Origin: the human T2T-CHM13v2.0 reference genome, Homo sapiens
Assembly: GCF_009914755.1 (NCBI RefSeq)
Contig: NC_060938.1
Strand: one strand, 5' to 3'
Length of the DNA: 64,000 bases
A program made the position numbers and the translations under genes. Shown here piece by piece: positions 56,576 through 64,000 of the stretch. How positions within the stretch are numbered: position 1 is the first letter of the stretch; each line of letters begins with the position of its first letter. Below the pieces are notes generated by a model. That model worked only from the letters and a program-made list of their open reading frames with translations, was not told where the DNA came from and made no database searches.

Positions 56576-57596
56576 AAGCCGAAAAGGTTCCCAATTTTGA
56601 AAAGCTACCTTCCTCCAGCATACCCCCACAAAAGTCATTGTCCTGAAGACCTCTGGGAACATGACAAATGGCAGATCTGTGCAAATATACAACCGCCCTA
56701 ACCGAGGCCACAGCCACCCGGCCCACTTAGGAGAGCTGGCATTGAATGGGAAGTGGCCGGCGCTTTCAGCCTGGCCAGCGGGCTGACAAGGGGTCTTTGT
56801 AATGGGAACAAAACTGCATCCCCCTTCACCTGGAGATTCTCCAGCACCCCCTCCTCTCCTGCACTGCCCCCCAGCACACATCCGTGCACACACGCACACA
56901 GAGGGGGGTTTATGTTTGCTTCGTAGGTGTGTTAATAAAAATCTCCTTAGGGTCACCGCTTCTGAGGTTTTGAAGTGAAACACTGCCCAAAAGGAGGGTT
57001 CATCTTCAAGTCAGCCTCACCTTCACCCCATTAAGTAGCTCCTGCTCACATCTTTCCTGAAACCACTTAAGGTAATTCCCTGTCTTAACGCTGAAGGTGC
57101 TTATGGTTCTATTTCAGACTCCTGGTGTGGGCAGTACAGGGTGAAAGAAATGCCCCGGATAATTAAGGAGATTATTTTATTCAGGCTATTAGGGAGAACT
57201 TTCATGAATACAGAGAAAGTTCTCAGCAAAAAGGAAGTGGGGGAAGCTGGGGTGGTACAGAGGCAAGGCTCTGGGGGAAGAATGGACACGGCTTATTTGA
57301 AGCATGCGATGGGAATCTACAGAATATGCAAGGGCAGGGGAGTCCTTTGCAATTTCTACCTCCCTTTGGAGCACCAAATAAAGTCCAATATGGGCAACAG
57401 AAGACCAGAAAGCTGGCCTCCCCTGTAGCTGAGGAAGGAGGAAATGAGTAGTGAGAATGATGTCCCAGATGCCTCCAGGGGAGGCGGTTCTGGGGACTGG
57501 GGTAAGTAGGGGCTGTGGGGAGAGAAAGAGGGTGTGGGAGGAGGAAACACATCTCCAGGTGCTCTTTGGCAGCTGAAATTTCATTCCTCAAATTCA

Positions 57597-58101
<505 letters not shown>

Positions 58102-58142
58102 TCAAGGATATCTTTTGAAAACAACAACAACAAAAATGTAGA

Positions 58143-58441
58143 TTTTTTTTTTTTTTTTTTTGAGACAGTCTCGCTCTTGTTGCCCAGGCTGGAGTGCAAT
58201 GGCACGATCTTGGCTACTGCAACCTCCACTTCCCGGGTTCAAGCGATTCTCCTGCCTCAGCCTCCTGAGTAGCTGGGATTACAGGCGCCTGCCACCATGA
58301 CCAGCTAATTTTTGGACTTTTAGTAGAGACGGGGTTGCACCATGTTGGCCAGGTTGGTCTCAAACTCCTGACCTCAGGTGATCCGTCCGCCTCGACCTCC
58401 CAAAGTGCTGGGATTACAGGTGTGAGCCATCGTGCCCAGCC
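58143..58441 (-). mobile_element. AluS
   Basis: TSD AAATGTAGAT. Confidence 0.95.
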
Positions 58442-60062
58442 AAATGTAGATGGTTGAACAGCTCCAGTCACAATGTAAAGTTTTAATTTTCCTCTGCAAT
58501 AAAAGCAGCCTTTTTCTTAATGTTTTCTTTGATAGAGGGAAGCCCCCACCACCACTCCCGGCTTCTTTGCCCCAGCCCTCCTCTTTATCTAACCCAGCCA
58601 GATGTGTGCATTTTTTTTTCCATTCACATGGCACAGGGTTTGAAGATGAGCTGTATCCCCCATTAGCCACTCTTTCCACCCCCGGAGAGACTCTGATTGT
58701 GGAGGATTCGTGCTGCTGACTGTAGATAAAACAATCGAGATGGGGGGCTGCTTTGGAAACGGGGGGGGTGTGGGGATTTTTCCATCTGGAATCACAAGGC
58801 TTTTGGTGGTAGGCCCAGATGGAACCACGATCTGTCTGTGGAGACAAAGCTTCTTTTGGAACTGGTCATGGCCACAGGAATATGAGGTTTTTGACAATAC
58901 GGTGGCCAAGAGATAGGAAACTGAAGTGGGTTATGAAATGCCAAGGACAGATCACTCTGACTCTGGTGAAGTAAGCCCATTAGTAAGCTGAACTCATGTA
59001 ATTCATCAAGGAGCTTCCTTGAGCCGGTGAAAACAAGGATTGTAGAACTGTGAGTTCAGACCTGGACGTTAGAAAAACAACTCCCAAGTCAGCCAGTCTC
59101 CACCCTCTTAGCTTAAGTCATCTTTCAGCTGGGAGCAAACATGCTTCCTTACCACACCAGAACAATGCTAGGTCTTCAATTATTGTAAAGAATTTTACAA
59201 ATGCTGAGTGTCCCTGTCGACACTATTAATGAACATCCTCTAAGCTGCACTTAAGCCAAATCCCAAGGGATAATTAGGGATACGGAACAATGATACAATG
59301 TAGATTGCCAGTTTGCTTGAAGCTCCCAACATCCAATTAGAGGGTGGTAGCGATTTCCCAGAGCACAGGAGATGAAAACCATCTGTCACAGCCTGCTTCC
59401 TAAATCCTCCCTTCCAGGAGCTCTTTCTGTCACCTAATAATGCAAAAAGGAGCACCTTCTCGGCCCTGAAAGCCCATCTTCCGACCAGACATGAGTTAAC
59501 AAGCTGCGCGCCCCAGGGCAGACCACATTTCCTCTCTGAGCCTTCATTTTCTCTTCTATAAAATGAACCTGCTGGACATGGGTTGGTGGCTTTCAAACTT
59601 TTGAAAGCAGTGGAAACTTTTGTTTTTCTCAAGAGGAAAGCTTGATGATGGAACTCAATTTGGAGTATCTTTATGTCACTGAGAGGAAGTATAATAAACA
59701 CTCCACTAATCAGACTGCTGGAGGGAGACGGCTCAGCTCTTTTGTGTCTTAAATCTCCAAGCAGACTATCAGTCCCCATGGATTGGATCACTGCCTGCAA
59801 GTATTAACTGCTTAATAAATGTCACGTAGGAAAAAATGTGTGCTTCATTGGGAAACTGTGTATCCTTTAGAGCATACCCTTCCAGGTTATCTGAGTGCGA
59901 TGCTTTAGGGTCTCTGGGCCATTCATTGCCTTTGAGCTATTTTTCAAATCTGTAAATTGTAGATAACTGATAGCAATGTAAATAATTCCTGTTTGCAGGC
60001 ATGCAAATACATTCTGTCCCGAGGTGGTTCAATTTACTTCCTATTTTCCAAAGGAAAGCCAG

Positions 60063-60127
60063 TTTCCTTCTATTTGAAATATGTTTCCTTCTATTCGTAA
60101 ATATATTTCCTTCTATTCGTAAATACA
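60063..60127. repeat. ~22-bp tandem repeat x3
   Basis: TTTCCTTCTATT(CG)TAAATA units. Confidence 0.85.
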
Positions 60128-60614
60128 CTTCAACATTGCTTTTCTCCATATAAATTTGTGCCTCTTTTGACTTCTCATTTGAACCGGTTGTCACATCTTA
60201 CCAGCCTTCATTAATGATGCACTAAATACAATTTTAACATGTCCATTTTATGTTTGTAGGAATGTCATGATTTTAGCTTTCTTTGAAAATTGCCTTAGTT
60301 AAAAAGTTTATCAATAAAAATGAACATTTTTTTTTTCCGAGTTCTCCCCTGATGTCCAATAGCATTTATACTCACACACAGTTGACTTTAAAAGTATAAT
60401 GTTATGGAAATGCCTTTAGGAAAGCAACACATGCTCATTGGGAATAAGAAATGAGAGAAAGAGCCACATGGGATACTAGGAGCTAGGCTCCCTTAGGCAT
60501 AAAAGGGCAAGTCGGGGAGCAGTTACCCCAACTCAAGAGAGAAGCTATTGAGAAGGCTGGTGATAGGAGCTGAGGGCTGAAACAGGCGGAGGCAACCAAC
60601 CCAGGGCAACCCAG

Positions 60615-61386
60615 TGTAATCACACCAGACCAATCTGGTTCAACTCTTTTTTTTTTGAGACAGAGTCTCGCTCTGTTGCCCAGGCTAGAGTGCAGTGGCG
60701 CAATCTTGGCTCACTGCAAGCACCGCCTCCCAGGTTCACACCATTCTCCTGCCTCAGCCTCCTGAGTAGCTGGGACTACAGGCACCTGCCACCACACCTG
60801 GCTAATTTTTTTTACTTTTAGTAGAGACGGGGTTTCACCGTGTTAGCCAGGATGGTCTCGATCTCCTGACTTCGTGATCTGCTCACCTCGGCCTCCCAAA
60901 GAGCTGGGATTACAGGCGTGAGCCACCGTGCCCAGCCCTGGTTCAACTTTTATGTAACAAAGTCGTGAGTTGTTTTTTGGTTGCCATGGATCCCCAAGTT
61001 GAAAGTCAAGTAACCTGAACATGCCCAGATGAACCAAGTGTGCAACCACAAGTGGAACCTAAGTGCTGGAAGCCGGGAGCAAGGACTGCTTTCAGAGGTG
61101 GACTGCACATGGCAGGATCCAGGATCCAATCAGATTGAGCTCTAGTGTCACCCCGTGGCAGGATCCAGTCAGATCATGCCTCCCCAGCATCACCTCATTG
61201 CAAGATCCAATCAGATCATGGTTCATTACCCTTCGCCTATAAAACCTGCCCCAGCCCACCAGCTAGGCGACATAGATTTCAGCCTTGCCTCCTGTCTTGC
61301 CAGTCAATTCCCAATAAAGGTTTTCAGTGCCATGGTATTGGCTTGTGTGTGCATCAGGCAGTGAGCCCATTGCTTGCTGGGTAATA
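60615..61386 (+). mobile_element. LTR47-like solo LTR interrupted by an AluY/Sc (60645-60937, -)
   Basis: TGTAATCACACCAGACCAATCTGGTTCAACT...GGCAGGATCCAGGATCCAATCAGAT; LTR TSD CCAG; Alu TSD CTGGTTCAACT. Confidence 0.8.
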
Positions 61387-61558
61387 CCAGCAGAAAGAGA
61401 ACAGAAATGAATATTCCAGCCTCACTCTGCTCCCTGCCTTCATGGGCCAAATCCAGCTGGACCAAGAGGGAAAGGGAGTACACATGTTCATAGGCGTCAG
61501 CCTTCTGGGTGGAGGGGACATCACAGTCATTCAAACAGCGAACCAAGACAGCTTGGGA

Positions 61559-62053
61559 TGAGAATCAAACCACTCATAGCTCACTGTCTATATTAACATG
61601 ACTTTACTATTCCACTGTCCTCATCAAAGTAACTTCACTATTATTCCAGAAAATGCTTGCCCAGGAAGATAAAAGCTGTAAATAACTCTACTGTTCATCC
61701 CAGGAACTTCCTGAAGGACACACCATGTCTTCAACAGGAAGCATCAGTTTATAGGTTCAATAGGAAGACAGTTTATACCCCAAGGTTCTTTGAACGCCTC
61801 AGCCAGAAATCCTCACTTTGCTGTGTCTACCAATCATGATCTTAGCAACCCCCATCAAGCATGCCACCTCTGCACTGAAAGAGCCACCTTAAACCAGGCC
61901 TCAAAGTCTCAATAAAAATCACTTTGCCCTCCCACTTTGGGAAGCTACTGAGGCTTTGTGGAGGGGGTACTCTACCTTACCACGGTGAACAATCAACTCA
62001 GCCTTGCCTTCTCCGCAGGTTGCTCTGGTGATATTTAGGAGATGGCATTTGAC
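61559..62053 (+). mobile_element. Old LTR-like element, family uncertain
   Basis: TG...CA ends with LTR-like composition. Confidence 0.4.
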
Positions 62054-62354
62054 AGAAGGGAAGCATATTTGGAGATGATTGTGTATGTGAGCCTGAATCA
62101 TCCAGGCAGGTTTCTTCCCTGCTCCAGTTCAGTGGGACGACTGCATAAATATTCTTTCTTTTTCCTATGTGGATACAAAATATTGAGTTTGGGGGCTGGA
62201 AGGAATCCCAGCGATGAACTCATCCCTCCCCTCCTTTATGGATTAGGTCAGTAGAACTTACACAGGGAGGTCAGCCAGGGGGCTGGGATCTGAATTCAAG
62301 TCCTGCGGCTCTGAGCCAGGTGGCCTGCATTTATTCATTCTCTTGCTGCCATGT

Positions 62355-62726
<372 letters not shown>

Positions 62727-63479
62727 TGACGAGCACTCAGAAGTGGGGCCACGTTTTCGAGATTCTTGCCCCGTTTTTCCTTCCGCCCCTTTAAAGCAGA
62801 TCCTGGGCTCTGTGCTCCTTTACTGAAGAAAGTGGTGGAAGGAAAGAAAGTCGATAGCAGTCTAAGAACTCCCAGCTTCCAATCCCTAAAGTCTAAACAT
62901 TTGGGAAGAACAGAGGAGATTACAGGTAAGGACCCAAAATGTAGGAAAGGTTTTTCCTGGGCTGGTGTTGGAGGGGAGAGGATGAGAACAGAGAAGGGAT
63001 GGGTCTCAGGAGGAGCAACCCAAGAGAGAAGGCCTGCGTGGACAGGACTCGACGGGGCATGGAGGGCTCTGTGACATGAAGCGGCAGAGTGACCCCCATA
63101 CCTCCCCAGAGCCATGTGGACAAGACTGAGGGCCAGCCCAGGAGTGACCTGTGGAACCAATAACCAGCACCAATGCCCTGGCACCATTACGGTCTCGACA
63201 TCATTAAGACCCTGAAACTCTAAAACAACCAGTGGAGAGCTGGTGCTGCAGACACTCAAAGAGGCAGACGCACAGAGCCAAGGAGGCTCTTGGATTTCGC
63301 CCCAAAACTGGGTCAAGGGGACAGAGTCTCCTCCCTCCCATTCCCGACCAGTGCGCTGGGAGTGGCCACACTAGGCATGGAGCAGCCTGTTTGCCAACAC
63401 ACTCTGGTCATAGGAGAAAAAAGAAAATGCCTCCTGAGTTTGGTTTTAAGGAGCTCCTTAACAAAAGGCAGCCCTGAGC

Positions 63480-63754
63480 AAAGTGATGCTGGGTGAGGGA
63501 TGCTGCTTTTGCTTTTAAAATAAGCCACAATCTTCCCAGCAAACAAAGAGTGTCTTCTGAGTAACTCAAAGAATGTTTCTTTTCTCCTGGTACAGGGAGG
63601 GCATCTTTCAAATGAAAGTCCGTATCTCCTGTTTTCAGGAAGAAACTAGATTAGAATGCCCTTCTTGCATCTGCTGTTTTTCAAGTGCCTTTAGCTCAAA
63701 ATAATCCTTATGCCAAAGTGGTATGTTTTGGGGTGGCATATCCTGGCACCTTTC
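63480..63754 (-). mobile_element. MER34-like ERV1 LTR 5' part
   Basis: Reverse of TGAAAGGTGCCAGGATATGCCACCCCAAAACATACCACTTTGGCATAAGGATTATTTTGAGC. Confidence 0.6.
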
Positions 63755-64000
63755 AGCAGGAACAGGGGTGCAGAGAGGGGCCATGTGGAGTAAGCCTGTC
63801 CCTGAGGGCCAGGAAGCCCAGGCAGCCTCACTTCCTCTCTCTCTCAGCAGCTGATGTGACCCTGGTCTGACCTTGCAGCTGCTCCTCCTGGCTCCCTGCT
63901 GGCTGCAGGCCAGGGCTCAGATTCCAGTCTTTTCCACAGCTCTAGAGGACCAGACTTTCAAAGGAGGGAAGGAAGGGAGGAAGGGGAGGGCAGGAAGAGG

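Overview
Primate (very probably human) non-coding genomic DNA with no intact protein-coding gene. About half of it is interspersed repeats: ~35 Alus, old and young L1s, L2/MIR, MaLR and ERV1 LTRs (MER61-, MER41A-, LTR15-, LTR10-, MER50-, MER4-, LTR12-, LTR47-like) and DNA transposons (MER5A, MER33, MER94, Tigger3, MER119-like). Repeat subfamily names come from recalled consensus sequences, not from a RepeatMasker run. Two gene relics lie in the unique sequence. (1) A decayed, intron-containing olfactomedin-4-like gene on the + strand: its terminal olfactomedin-domain exon (45077-45859) is clear, and three upstream exons are tentatively traceable. (2) A processed, 5'-truncated retrocopy of the oocyte linker histone H1-8 (H1FOO) on the - strand (~33442-34326), flanked by an unusually long ~110-bp direct repeat. 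Structural oddities include a 266-bp inverted templated insertion inside an Alu, an L1PA 3' transduction, an ERV that ends in a poly(A) tail instead of U5, and an LTR inside an LTR inside an Alu. Several homeodomain-motif-rich islands look like conserved enhancers, and one has a strong CTCF motif beside it. The chromosomal locus cannot be identified from the sequence alone.
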